DNA of 64,000 nt, from positions 20,943 through 84,942 of the forward strand of contig CACWRT010000001.1 in assembly GCA_902763365.1 (NCBI GenBank). The letters run 5' to 3'. The first letter of the stretch is position 1. Every line of letters begins with the position of its first letter. The stretch comes from an uncultured Ruminococcus sp. (lineage in GTDB: Bacteria; Bacillota; Clostridia; Oscillospirales; Acutalibacteraceae). Position numbers and translations under genes: made by a program. Below the pieces are notes generated by a model. It saw nothing but the letters and a program-made list of their open reading frames with translations, searched no databases and was not told where the DNA came from. Below, piece after piece: positions 35,241 through 44,590 of this stretch.

Positions 35241-36650
35241 ATGTCAGAAACAAAAGAAAAATCACAGGCAGCCCTCTTGAAGGAAAAACTGTTTGTGAAC
35301 AGAAAAAACGGATGCCGCAAGGTAAGCGCGGAAGAAATGAAAAAAGCAGACGAATTCTGTGAAGAATACAAGAACTTTCTCGATCATGCAAAGGTTGAGA
35401 GAGAAGCGGTGATCTATGCGCTTGATGCCGCAAAAATAGCAGGATTTACAGAGTACGATCCTGCCAAAACATATAAAGCAGGCGACAAGGTTTATGTCAA
35501 TAACAGGGGCAAGGCAGTTATGCTTGCAGTTATAGGCAAAAACGGTACGCATAACGGCGTCAGACTGGGTATTGCCCATATCGACTCTCCGCGTCTTGAT
35601 CTCAAGCCTAATCCGCTTTATGAAAATAAGGATCTTGCGCTTTTCAAGACACATTACTACGGCGGTATCAAAAAATATCAGTGGCCTACAGTACCGCTTG
35701 CACTTCACGGTGTTGTTGCCCTTAAAGACGGCAGCAGCATTAATATCGAAATAGGCGAGGATGAAAGCGATCCCTGCTTCTGTGTAACAGACCTTCTTCC
35801 TCATCTTGCTGTAGAACAGATGTCGCAGGTAATGACAAAGGCATTCAACGGCGAACATCTTAATGTCCTTGTGGGCAGCAGACCTTTTAACGAGGATGAA
35901 GAAAGCGAAAGCGTTAAGCTTAATATACTGAATATACTTTTTGAGAAATACGGTATCGTGGAGGAGGATTTCCTTTCGGCAGATCTTCAGATGGTGCCTG
36001 CCTTCAAAGCAAGAGATCTGGGCTTTGACAGAAGTATGATAGGTGCGTACGGTCATGACGATAAAGTCTGCGCTTATCCTGCGCTTATGGCAGCAATAGA
36101 TACTGATATGCCCGAAAGCACAATAATCACGGTTCTGACCGACAGGGAAGAGATCGGCAGTGACGGAAACACGGGTATGAAGTCAACCTATCTTATAGAT
36201 TTTGTAGCTGATTTAGCGGAATCGGACGGCGAAAAGGCAAGACACGTTATGGCAAAAAGCACCTGCCTCTCCGCTGATGTAAATGCAGCATATGATCCCA
36301 CATATGCTTCCGCCTTTGAGGCAAATAATTCATCCTTTATCAACTGCGGCGCTGTTATCACAAAATATACGGGCAGCGGCGGAAAATATTCTACCTCTGA
36401 CGCAAGCGCAGAATATATGGCAAAAATCAGACAGGTACTTGATAATGCAGGAGTGCTCTGGCAGACAGGTGAACTCGGCAAGGTTGACGGTGGCGGCGGC
36501 GGAACTATCGCTAAATTCGTGGCTAACCTTAATGCAGATGTTGTTGACCTTGGTGTGCCCGTGCTTTCCATGCACGCTCCTATGGAAGTAGTTTCAAAGC
36601 TTGATGTATATATGACGTACAGGGCTTTGTATGAGTTCTATACAGCATAA
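35241..36650 (+). CDS. M18-family aminopeptidase
   Basis: IAHIDSPRLDLKPNP, THYYGGIKKYQW, GAYGHDDKVC and LSMHAP motifs are present. The start is trimmed to ATG 35241 (AAAGGAAAG SD). Confidence 0.85.
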   Translation: MSETKEKSQAALLKEKLFVNRKNGCRKVSAEEMKKADEFCEEYKNFLDHAKVEREAVIYALDAAKIAGFTEYDPAKTYKAGDKVYVNNRGKAVMLAVIGKNGTHNGVRLGIAHIDSPRLDLKPNPLYENKDLALFKTHYYGGIKKYQWPTVPLALHGVVALKDGSSINIEIGEDESDPCFCVTDLLPHLAVEQMSQVMTKAFNGEHLNVLVGSRPFNEDEESESVKLNILNILFEKYGIVEEDFLSADLQMVPAFKARDLGFDRSMIGAYGHDDKVCAYPALMAAIDTDMPESTIITVLTDREEIGSDGNTGMKSTYLIDFVADLAESDGEKARHVMAKSTCLSADVNAAYDPTYASAFEANNSSFINCGAVITKYTGSGGKYSTSDASAEYMAKIRQVLDNAGVLWQTGELGKVDGGGGGTIAKFVANLNADVVDLGVPVLSMHAPMEVVSKLDVYMTYRALYEFYTA

Positions 36651-36798
36651 TAAACGAAATAGGATGCTGTGAAGCGATCTGCTTTACAGCATAAAAAGAT
36701 AAATTATGCGTAAACAAAAAAACTTTACATTAAAAGCGCGCAAAAAGCAGAAATATGGGTTAAAATCTCCGAAAACGTCGTTTTATCCCAAAAATCTA

Positions 36799-36827
36799 TT
36801 GACAATTGGGGCAGTTTGTATTATTAT
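36799..36827 (+). promoter_or_regulatory. Sigma-A-type promoter candidate for murA
   Basis: TTGACA 36799-36804, a 17-nt spacer, TATTAT 36822-36827. Confidence 0.55.
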
Positions 36828-36975
36828 AACTCAAGAGTAGATTTGTATCCAGTAAGGAAAAATGTATACAAACGAGCATTGGTTTGTACTGTGAAAAGCG
36901 CTGCAGCTGATATACGGCTGCGGTTTTAAAGATGAAGTTTTATATACTCTATTATTTTGATCAGGAGTGTTTGAT

Positions 36976-38256
36976 TTGGAAAAAATTGTTATCAATGGCG
37001 GTAACAGGCTTCACGGAAATGTAAAGATCAGCGGTGCGAAAAACGCAGCAGTAGCAATAATCCCCGCTGTTATCTTATCGGACGGCGTCTGCCGTATAGA
37101 AAATGTACCTAATATTCAGGATGTAAATCTTATTGCGGAGATATTGCAGCAAATGGGAGCATCTGTCAGGAGGATCGAGAAATCTACGCTTGAAATTGAT
37201 CCTAAGGGAATAAGAGAACCTGTTGCTACTTATGATCTTGTAAGACATATGAGAGCCTCAAGTTACCTTATGGGCGCGCTGCTTGGAAAGTATAACAGAG
37301 CAGAAGTAGCTTTGCCGGGCGGATGTGATTTCGGTGTACGGCCTGTGGATCAGCATCTTAAAGGCTTTACTGTTCTGGGGGCATCCCATAGTGTTGAAAG
37401 CGGAATGATAAAGGTGAAGGCTGATAAGCTTATCGGCGGACACGTGTATCTTGACGTTGTATCTGTGGGCGCTACGGTCAATATAATGCTTGCCGCAGCG
37501 AAGGCAGAGGGAAGAACGATCATTGAAAATGCAGCAAAAGAGCCGCATATTGTTGATCTTGCTAATTTCCTCAATTCAATGGGTGCCGATGTAAGAGGCG
37601 CAGGAACTGATGTTATAAAAGTAAACGGAGTTTCTCATCTTGGCGGTACAACTTATTCTATAATTCCCGACCAGATAGAAGCGGGCACATATATGGCTGC
37701 CGTTGCAAGCGCAGGCGGAGATGTGATGATCAATAATGTTATACCCAAGCACCTTGAGTCTATAACGGCAAAGATGCGTGAGATGGGTGTAGTTATCGAG
37801 GAATATGATGATTCTGTAAGAGTTATAAAGGAAAATCGTCTGAGAAGATGCAATGTGAAGACAATGCCTCATCCCGGATTTCCTACAGATATGCAGCCGC
37901 AGATAGCTGCAATACTTACTATGGCTGACGGTACAAGTATTGTAAATGAAGCAGTATGGGATAACCGTTTCCGCTATGTAGAGGAGCTCAGAAGAATGGG
38001 TGCTGAGATATCTGTTGACGGGAAGCTTGCGGTAATTGAAGGTGTGGAACATCTCAAGGGCGCACCTGTAAAAGCGACTGATCTGAGAGCAGGCGCAGCA
38101 ATGATAGTAGCGGGTCTTGGCGCAGTAGGAACTACTCAGATCGAAGATATCAGACATATCGAAAGAGGATATGAAGATGTTGTGGAAAAGTTCGCAGCTC
38201 TCGGCGCTGATATCAAGAAGATACGCAGTGAAGATCCTACGATAAAAACAGCATGA
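36976..38256 (+). CDS. murA: UDP-N-acetylglucosamine 1-carboxyvinyltransferase
   Basis: ISGAKNAAV and LPGGCDFGVRPVDQH (active-site Cys) are present. TTG 36976 lies 8 nt after AGGAG. The track start GTG 36967 overlaps the SD. Confidence 0.95.
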   Translation: MEKIVINGGNRLHGNVKISGAKNAAVAIIPAVILSDGVCRIENVPNIQDVNLIAEILQQMGASVRRIEKSTLEIDPKGIREPVATYDLVRHMRASSYLMGALLGKYNRAEVALPGGCDFGVRPVDQHLKGFTVLGASHSVESGMIKVKADKLIGGHVYLDVVSVGATVNIMLAAAKAEGRTIIENAAKEPHIVDLANFLNSMGADVRGAGTDVIKVNGVSHLGGTTYSIIPDQIEAGTYMAAVASAGGDVMINNVIPKHLESITAKMREMGVVIEEYDDSVRVIKENRLRRCNVKTMPHPGFPTDMQPQIAAILTMADGTSIVNEAVWDNRFRYVEELRRMGAEISVDGKLAVIEGVEHLKGAPVKATDLRAGAAMIVAGLGAVGTTQIEDIRHIERGYEDVVEKFAALGADIKKIRSEDPTIKTA

Positions 38257-38261
38257 TATCC

Positions 38262-38292
38262 GGGGCTGTCCTTTTTGCGGCAGCCCTTTTTT
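38262..38292 (+). terminator. Rho-independent terminator of murA
   Basis: GGGCTGTC ... GGCAGCCC stem followed by TTTTTT. Confidence 0.85.
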
Positions 38293-38322
38293 CAGTTTTT
38301 ATATAAGGGAGAAGGAAAAGAA

Positions 38323-39111
38323 ATGACAAGATTGTATCCGCTTTTCAGCGGCAGCAGCGGAAACTGCTATTATATAGGTTCGCCGGAAAGGGGCATACTT
38401 ATAGATGCGGGAAGAAGTGCAAAGCAGATAGAAAATGCGCTCAGCAGCAGAGAGCTTTCCCCCGGAAATATCAGCTCTATATTTGTCACTCATGAACACA
38501 GCGACCATATCAGCGGTTTAAAGGTTCTTGCGTCAAGGTATGGTATAAAGGTGTATACATCGGCAGGAACACTAAAGCAGCTTAAACAGAAGAACTATAT
38601 AAATGAGAAAGTGAATGCAGAGGTTATAGGTGCTGATGGAATCGAAACGGACGAGATGAAGATTTGCCCGTTCAGGATATCCCATGACTGTGCAGAGGGG
38701 TATGGATATGTTGTAGAAACCTCTGACGGACGCAAAACGGCCTTTGCCACCGATACCGGATATATTACCGAAGAAATGACTGCTGCGCTGACAGGATGTG
38801 ACACAGTCGTGATAGAAAGCAATCATGATGTGCGTATGCTTGAAAGCGGAAGTTATCCTTACATATTGAAAAAACGTATTTTGTCTGATGTAGGACATTT
38901 GTCCAATGATACCTGTGCTGCGGAGCTTGTAAGACTGGTGAAAAATGGTACAACAAGACTTTTGCTTGCGCATCTGAGCCGAGAAAACAATATGCCTCTT
39001 CTTGCAGAGCAGACAGCGAAATGTGAGCTTGATATTAATGGTATGAAAAGGGACATAGATTATATTCTGAGGGTAGTACCAGAAGTAGGCGGAGAAACTC
39101 TTATCTATTGA
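38323..39111 (+). CDS. MBL-fold metallo-hydrolase (YycJ-like)
   Basis: MTRLYPLFSGSSGNCYYIG...VTHEHSDHISG. Confidence 0.85.
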   Translation: MTRLYPLFSGSSGNCYYIGSPERGILIDAGRSAKQIENALSSRELSPGNISSIFVTHEHSDHISGLKVLASRYGIKVYTSAGTLKQLKQKNYINEKVNAEVIGADGIETDEMKICPFRISHDCAEGYGYVVETSDGRKTAFATDTGYITEEMTAALTGCDTVVIESNHDVRMLESGSYPYILKKRILSDVGHLSNDTCAAELVRLVKNGTTRLLLAHLSRENNMPLLAEQTAKCELDINGMKRDIDYILRVVPEVGGETLIY

Positions 39112-39132
39112 GGCAAATAACGGAGAAATGAA

Positions 39133-39615
39133 ATGGTAAAGATAAGTATTATATGCGTAGGTAAACTGAAAGAAAGCTATTGGAGAGAAGCAATAGCAGA
39201 GTATAGTAAGCGAATGAGCAGATTTGCAGATTTTTGTATAATAGAAGTTGATGAGGAAAAACTTCCCGACTCGCCTTCCGTAAGCCAGATAGAAAATACA
39301 GTTAAAAAAGAAGGCGAGCGTATACTTTCAAAGCTGCCGAAAAACTGTACGGCAGCAGCAATGTGCATTGAGGGAAAACGTTTTTCTTCCGAAAAGTTAG
39401 CGGAAGTCATTCAGCAGAACGCTTCTTTCGGCAGCGGAAATATCTGTTTTATAATAGGCGGTTCCTGGGGACTGTCGGATGAAGTAAAAACATCTTCCGA
39501 TATCCGTATGTCCATGTCTGAAATGACCTTTCCTCACCAGTTGGCAAGAGTCATGCTGTGCGAACAGATATACCGCTCCCTCAACATCCTCTCCCACACC
39601 AAATACCACAAATAA
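39133..39615 (+). CDS. rlmH: 23S rRNA (pseudouridine1915-N3)-methyltransferase RlmH
   Basis: KISIICVGKLKESYWREAIAEYSKR...IGGSWGLSDEV...MTFPHQLARVMLCEQIYR. Confidence 0.92.
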   Translation: MVKISIICVGKLKESYWREAIAEYSKRMSRFADFCIIEVDEEKLPDSPSVSQIENTVKKEGERILSKLPKNCTAAAMCIEGKRFSSEKLAEVIQQNASFGSGNICFIIGGSWGLSDEVKTSSDIRMSMSEMTFPHQLARVMLCEQIYRSLNILSHTKYHK

Positions 39616-39735
39616 CCGGCCCGGTGTAACGCCGGACCCTAAACGCGGGTATCGCTGCGCTCTGTCTGAACAGTTCAGGCCCCATTATTACACGCTGATT
39701 TTCTGACTTTTGCGATAAAGCTTGTTACACGAAAA
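39616..39735 (-). repeat. Intergenic repeat module A (inverted, diverged copy)
   Basis: ccggtgtaacgccggaccctaaacgcgggtatcgctgcgctctgtctgaac is the reverse complement of gttcagacagagcgcagcgatacccgcgtttagggtccggcg... Confidence 0.75.
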
Positions 39736-39755
39736 TAATAGACGATTTTGCGGGT

Positions 39756-39850
39756 CAAGGGGCTTGAGCCCCTTGTGAGGTGCAGGGCGAGGAGCCCTGC
39801 CGGAGTCCAGAGGCAGAGCCTCTGGCGGATTCCAAAGGCGGAGCCTTTGG
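39756..39850. repeat. Tandem array of four perfect GC-rich hairpins, 25-26-nt period
   Basis: CAAGGGGC-ttga-GCCCCTTG (39756-39775). GCAGGGC-gagga-GCCCTGC (39782-39800). CCAGAGGC-aga-GCCTCTGG (39807-39825). CCAAAGGC-gga-GCCTTTGG (39832-39850). Confidence 0.9.
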
Positions 39851-40055
39851 CCGTCGGAGACACAGAAAACAGAACTCACCCATGCGAGCGCTGTAATATT
39901 TAAAGGAAAAAGGAATTAAAGGAAAAGCTATGATAACGATGAGGATAAAAGCTTGATATTATTGAAGAGATGTGTTAGAATATAGAGTGTATTTGTATGC
40001 ACATCGGTTTTGAGATGTATTTGATTAGGATTTGATATAGAAAGGAAGTTTCTGT

Positions 40056-40601
40056 ATGGTTTATCTATTTCTTGCAGAAGGATTTGAAACAGTAGAAGCG
40101 CTTGCTCCTCTCGATATTCTGAGAAGAGGCAAGGTTGAACTGAAAACTGTAGGCATAACAGGGAAAACTGTTGTCAGCTCTCACGGAGTTGAGGTGACGG
40201 CTGATTTAACAGCTGATGATATCGCATTGGATGAAAATATAGAAGCAGTTATACTTCCGGGAGGTATGCCCGGTACGCTGAACCTTGGAAATTCAGATAA
40301 GGTTATCAATGCTGTAAGATACTGCTATGAGCACGACATTCTTATCGGTGCGATTTGCGCAGCGCCGTCCATACTTGGTGAAATGGGTCTGCTTGAGGGC
40401 AAAAAGGCTACTGCTTTTCCGGGCTTTGAATTAAAGCTCAAGGGTGCTGTATACAATAACGGCTATATCGAAACTGACGGAAATATCATTACTGCAAGAG
40501 GTATGGGTGTGGCAACAGAATTCGGCATTGAGCTGCTTGCTGCCTTAAAAGGCAGAGAAACTGCCGATCAGGTAAAGGCTTCGATACAATGCAGGAACTG
40601 A
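40056..40601 (+). CDS. DJ-1/PfpI (ThiJ) family protein
   Basis: LPGGMPG and the nucleophile elbow IGAICAAPSILG are present. Confidence 0.88.
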   Translation: MVYLFLAEGFETVEALAPLDILRRGKVELKTVGITGKTVVSSHGVEVTADLTADDIALDENIEAVILPGGMPGTLNLGNSDKVINAVRYCYEHDILIGAICAAPSILGEMGLLEGKKATAFPGFELKLKGAVYNNGYIETDGNIITARGMGVATEFGIELLAALKGRETADQVKASIQCRN

Positions 40602-41188
40602 CAGAAAGAAAAAATAACGTCCGCCGTGACTGCAAAAAGCGAAGAATCGCTATGGAGCGAGATGAAAAAAAACGGGCTGACAGTATCATTTATGACAGAA
40701 CATGGGATATAATAAGAACAAGACTTGATATGGAAACAGTTCTGTACTCCTATGTTTCTTCCCCGGAAATGGAAGTCGATACGCTCAGACTTATTGATAA
40801 GGCATTTGGGAATAAGATAATGATCGCTGTACCCAGGTGTGTTACAGGTACGCTCGCTCTTGAGCATTACTTTATCAATGACCGCAGTCAGCTTATAAAA
40901 GGTCACTTCGGAATAATGGAACCCGATCCGCAGAAATGTTCTGTTGTATCTCCGCCTCATGAGGGGATATGTATTGTGCCCGGTCTTGCTTTTGATATTA
41001 CGGGTATAAGAATGGGGTACGGTAAGGGGTATTATGACAGATTTCTTGAAAAATTCAGCGGACTTAAAATAGGACTGTGTTATGAAAACTGCTTTTATAC
41101 CGAAACGCTTCCCCATGATGAGCATGATGCTGTTATGGATTTAATAATAACGGACAAGAAAGTCAGACAAATAAAGAAGATCAGCTGA
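40589..41188 (+). CDS. 5-formyltetrahydrofolate cyclo-ligase
   Basis: The C-terminus carries GLAFD...G.R.GYGKGYYDRFL. It overlaps the DJ-1 gene by 13 nt. Confidence 0.85.
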   Translation: MQELTERKNNVRRDCKKRRIAMERDEKKRADSIIYDRTWDIIRTRLDMETVLYSYVSSPEMEVDTLRLIDKAFGNKIMIAVPRCVTGTLALEHYFINDRSQLIKGHFGIMEPDPQKCSVVSPPHEGICIVPGLAFDITGIRMGYGKGYYDRFLEKFSGLKIGLCYENCFYTETLPHDEHDAVMDLIITDKKVRQIKKIS

Positions 41189-41223
41189 TCAATAAGCAGA
41201 CTAAAAAGGAGGAATCTCATCCG

Positions 41224-42660
41224 ATGGATAATGAGCTTGAACAGAAAAGGAAAGAAAAAGTAGAGGGATTCAAGATAAGCTTCGGAGATCTTGATGCTAT
41301 TCCCGACGAACCCGAAAACGCTGATGATGGAACTGAACAGGACAGGGATGACGACATAAGAAGCGGTGAGAATAAATTCAAAACCGGTCTGCATGATATT
41401 CCCGCTCCTGCCGAAGATCTTACAAGCTTCAGCGAAACTTCAAACGACAGCAGTGAGCAGGTACTTGATAAGGATGAACTCAGAGCTGCAAAACGTCTCG
41501 ATAGAAAGCGCAGCAGACGAAAAGGACGTAAAAACCGTGTGATCTTCCGAACGATATGGTTCGTAATGATAATATTCGTTTCCATTATAATAGGAGAGTT
41601 CCTTATGGTAGGCGTAAATGATATGCTTGCTGTGGGACGTGAAGAAGAGAATGAGGTAACTGTAACAATACCCAAAAATGCAACCCTCGATCAGGTGACG
41701 GATATCCTTAAATCGAAGAAGGTTATAAGCAACGAGGGCTTTTTCAAGGCTTATGCGACTATAACCAGAGCAACAAGCGGTTTTACAAACGGTACGTTCA
41801 ATATCAAGACAAATAAGGATTATCAGGCTATCATAAACTATATGCAGTCTGACATGAACCGTACTGACGTGGTTACTATACAGTTCCCCGAAGGCTACAC
41901 TATAAATGACTTTGCCAAACTTCTTGAGAAAAACAAGGTCTGCTCAGCCGAAGATTTTATAAAATACACTAATTCAACAGCGCTTGATGAGGATTATACC
42001 TTCCTTACAGGAATAACAAATCCCGGGGAAAGATACTTCCGCATGGAAGGCTATATGTTCCCTGATACATATGACTTCTATGTAAACGAATCTCCCGAGT
42101 CTGTAGCGAGAAAGTTCCTTTCAAACTATCGACGTAAGCTTTATCTTACAAGACAGCGTTTTGAAAAGAATGAAAAGAAAATTACTATCGAAAACAGAGC
42201 CAAAGCTACAAATATGTCAATGGAAGAGGTTCTCACCATGGCTTCTCTGATACAAGCGGAGGCAGCTAATACGGATGATATGTATATCATATCCTCGATC
42301 ATCCATAACCGTCTTGCTACTGCCGAGACAAACGGCGTAAACCCGAGAGGCGAAACAGGCTTCATGTTCCTGCAGCTTGACTCTACGGAATTTTATCCCT
42401 ATCGTTCCAAGAGTGAGGTTCCTCAGAATCTCAGAGCAACCTATACCAGTACGTACAGTACTTATTCCAAGGAAGGTCTTCCCCCCGGACCTATATGCAA
42501 CCCCAGTCTTGACGCAATAAAGGCAGCGCTTAATCCTGCGGATACAGATTACTATTACTTCTGTCATAAACCGGCATCAGACGGTCAGCAGGCTGTCCCG
42601 TATTATGCAAAGACAAATGCAGAACACGTTGCAAACCAGAAGAAAGCAGGACTTTTATAA
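41224..42660 (+). CDS. mltG: Endolytic murein transglycosylase MltG (YceG-like) with an acidic N-terminal extension
   Basis: It has a single TM helix followed by a YceG pattern (FPEGYT, LEGYMFPDTYDF, ASLIQAEA, PGPICNP). Confidence 0.88.
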   Translation: MDNELEQKRKEKVEGFKISFGDLDAIPDEPENADDGTEQDRDDDIRSGENKFKTGLHDIPAPAEDLTSFSETSNDSSEQVLDKDELRAAKRLDRKRSRRKGRKNRVIFRTIWFVMIIFVSIIIGEFLMVGVNDMLAVGREEENEVTVTIPKNATLDQVTDILKSKKVISNEGFFKAYATITRATSGFTNGTFNIKTNKDYQAIINYMQSDMNRTDVVTIQFPEGYTINDFAKLLEKNKVCSAEDFIKYTNSTALDEDYTFLTGITNPGERYFRMEGYMFPDTYDFYVNESPESVARKFLSNYRRKLYLTRQRFEKNEKKITIENRAKATNMSMEEVLTMASLIQAEAANTDDMYIISSIIHNRLATAETNGVNPRGETGFMFLQLDSTEFYPYRSKSEVPQNLRATYTSTYSTYSKEGLPPGPICNPSLDAIKAALNPADTDYYYFCHKPASDGQQAVPYYAKTNAEHVANQKKAGLL

Positions 42661-42671
42661 TAACAATAAAA

Positions 42672-42710
42672 ACACGGGATGTCCGGGTGATGCCGGATGT
42701 CCCGTGTTTT
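42672..42710. terminator. Bidirectional terminator between convergent mltG and the sigma-like gene
   Basis: ACACGGGATGTCCGG ... CCGGATGTCCCGTGT with an A-run before and a T-run after. Confidence 0.8.
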
Positions 42711-42722
42711 GCTGTATGGTGA

Positions 42723-44405
42723 TCAACCTATTTCAGGCACAATAGTAACAATGTCCTCTCTGTATGAAAAATATCCTTCTATTACATATATAATTTTTGA
42801 CAAGTCTCCTCCTGTAAGATCGGAAATAATTCTTTCGTTATCTCCCGAATACTCTGAGGTTATTTCAAATGAAAATGATGACATATAGGGCGGCAGATCT
42901 AAATGATCGTTTTCCACGGGTTTTACCGAGATATTTGTCCTGCATTCTTCCCTGCCGTCGTCATAGGGGATATAATCGATAGTGTTGTTATTTACAAGAC
43001 TATCCATAGAACCTACGGGAATAAGCGTCAGATTTGCTGCAGCAGTCACAGTTGTTTCTCCGAAATCTGTCAAGGATACAGAAGCATCAGATATATAATA
43101 ATATCTGCCTTTTCCCTGTTCGCTCAATGCAATGATATCGCCCTTGAAAGCACTTGTTTTATATGCGTTATTGGCTACGATGTCAACACTTACATTGTCC
43201 ACCGACTTGATCTGAGTCGGCAAAGTACTGGAAGAATCATATACACCGTTTTTATACATATCTATTTTGAACTGTTCCGGCATATAAGAACCCGGGGCAA
43301 ATATATTTATAAGAAATGTTCTCTCATCTATGGGGAAAATATTGTATGTGTAGTATCTTTTCCCGTTTTCATTATCACTGCTGCCGTTTGCGAAAGATAT
43401 CATCAGGTCGGAAGAATTTATCATTTCTGAATCGGGATTTGTAGCGATAAGCTGGAAAACAGATACATCCGAAGAATTACTTACAAAACCTTCCGTATCT
43501 AATCCGAGAAGCTCGTGATCACATACCATATCACATACAAGATCAATATAAAGTTCACGGGAACGACGCCGTTCAATTACCGGAGCTGAATTATTTCTTG
43601 TGTGATGCTCGCTGTAAACATAACTATCCTGCCCCGTATTATCTCCTGAAGCAGACATATTTATTATTTGATTTACAGCCTGTGCGCAGATTATTATAAG
43701 CACAGCTGCAAATACGCCGATAATACCTATCTTTCCAGCCTGAGTTTTATAAAAAGGTTTTCCGCTTCTTGAAAACAGCCCCTTTTTATCTTCGGGAGGC
43801 TCGGAATCAGCAGCAGCTTCAAGCAATTGCCTGAAAGAAATAAGTTTTTTCCCGTCAGTTCTTTCTGTTTCCGAAAGCGAATGTACTGCTTTTGTACAGG
43901 CGGAGGACAGCAGTCTTTCAGCCGAAGAAGAAGGTATCTGATATGCTGATGCTGTTTCTTCGATGGTCATGCCTACAAAAAAATGCAATACAAATATTTT
44001 GTATTCGCTGCTTGTGGTGCTGTAGTAGATCATCTGCATACACTGCATGAGCTTATAATAGTCAGACAGAATATCATCAGAAAGCATTACCTCTGAAGGT
44101 ATGTCATTTTCAATTATTCCATCCGGTATTTCATCCGCCGGTATGCCTCCTTTCGGGTTCTCCGTACAGATCTCGGCAGTCTGCCTGCGGATAACAGAAA
44201 AAATATCAGAAGATGTATTATATGTTTTTATTCGTGCAGATATAATATTCATGGATTTCTGAGCAGTTTTCTTTGCAGCTTCTTCACCCGGACAGAGTGC
44301 TGTACAAATGAAATTGATTTCAGGCTCTGCCGCTTCAAGAAGCTTTTGCAGTGATCCTTCATCTCCCGCTGCCGCTCTTCTCAGAAGATTTTGAACGTTT
44401 TTCAT
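42723..44405 (-). CDS. Membrane-tethered protein with a degenerate sigma-70/ECF-like N-terminal domain and a ~310-aa extracytoplasmic domain
   Basis: LLRRAAAGDEGSLQKLLEAAEPEI resembles the start of region 2. YKIFVLHFFVGMTIEETASAYQIPSSSAERLLSSACTKAV resembles the region 4 HTH. A single TM helix (IGIIGVFAAVLIIICAQAV) follows. The start is ATG 44405, 8 nt after AGGAGA. Confidence 0.7.
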   Translation of the reverse strand: MKNVQNLLRRAAAGDEGSLQKLLEAAEPEINFICTALCPGEEAAKKTAQKSMNIISARIKTYNTSSDIFSVIRRQTAEICTENPKGGIPADEIPDGIIENDIPSEVMLSDDILSDYYKLMQCMQMIYYSTTSSEYKIFVLHFFVGMTIEETASAYQIPSSSAERLLSSACTKAVHSLSETERTDGKKLISFRQLLEAAADSEPPEDKKGLFSRSGKPFYKTQAGKIGIIGVFAAVLIIICAQAVNQIINMSASGDNTGQDSYVYSEHHTRNNSAPVIERRRSRELYIDLVCDMVCDHELLGLDTEGFVSNSSDVSVFQLIATNPDSEMINSSDLMISFANGSSDNENGKRYYTYNIFPIDERTFLINIFAPGSYMPEQFKIDMYKNGVYDSSSTLPTQIKSVDNVSVDIVANNAYKTSAFKGDIIALSEQGKGRYYYISDASVSLTDFGETTVTAAANLTLIPVGSMDSLVNNNTIDYIPYDDGREECRTNISVKPVENDHLDLPPYMSSFSFEITSEYSGDNERIISDLTGGDLSKIIYVIEGYFSYREDIVTIVPEIG

Positions 44406-44437
44406 GGTCATTCTCCTGTTCATGATCCTTATGAAGC

Positions 44438-44590
44438 CAATACTGTCAACTTGAGGAAAAAACAATTGACAAAGTTTCGCTCAAGCCTTTTCAAAGGCTT
44501 GCAGGGTCCAGGGGCAGCGCCCTTGGTCGCTGCGTTAGCAGCGAAACAAGTCTCCAAATCTTTCGTCAATGTCTTAGGTTGACAGTATTG
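44438..44590 (+). mobile_element. MITE-like non-autonomous element (153 bp) with 13-bp perfect TIRs
   Basis: CAATACTGTCAAC (44438-44450) and GTTGACAGTATTG (44578-44590) are exact reverse complements. They are flanked by identical ccttatgaagc at 44427-44437 and 44591-44601. Confidence 0.85.

Noticed and set aside
39756-39850. Possible CRISPR-like array, because the units are regularly spaced and palindromic.
   Set aside because: The units are contiguous with only 5-6-nt linkers and no unique spacers. The 'repeats' themselves differ in sequence, there are only four units, and no cas gene is in the window.
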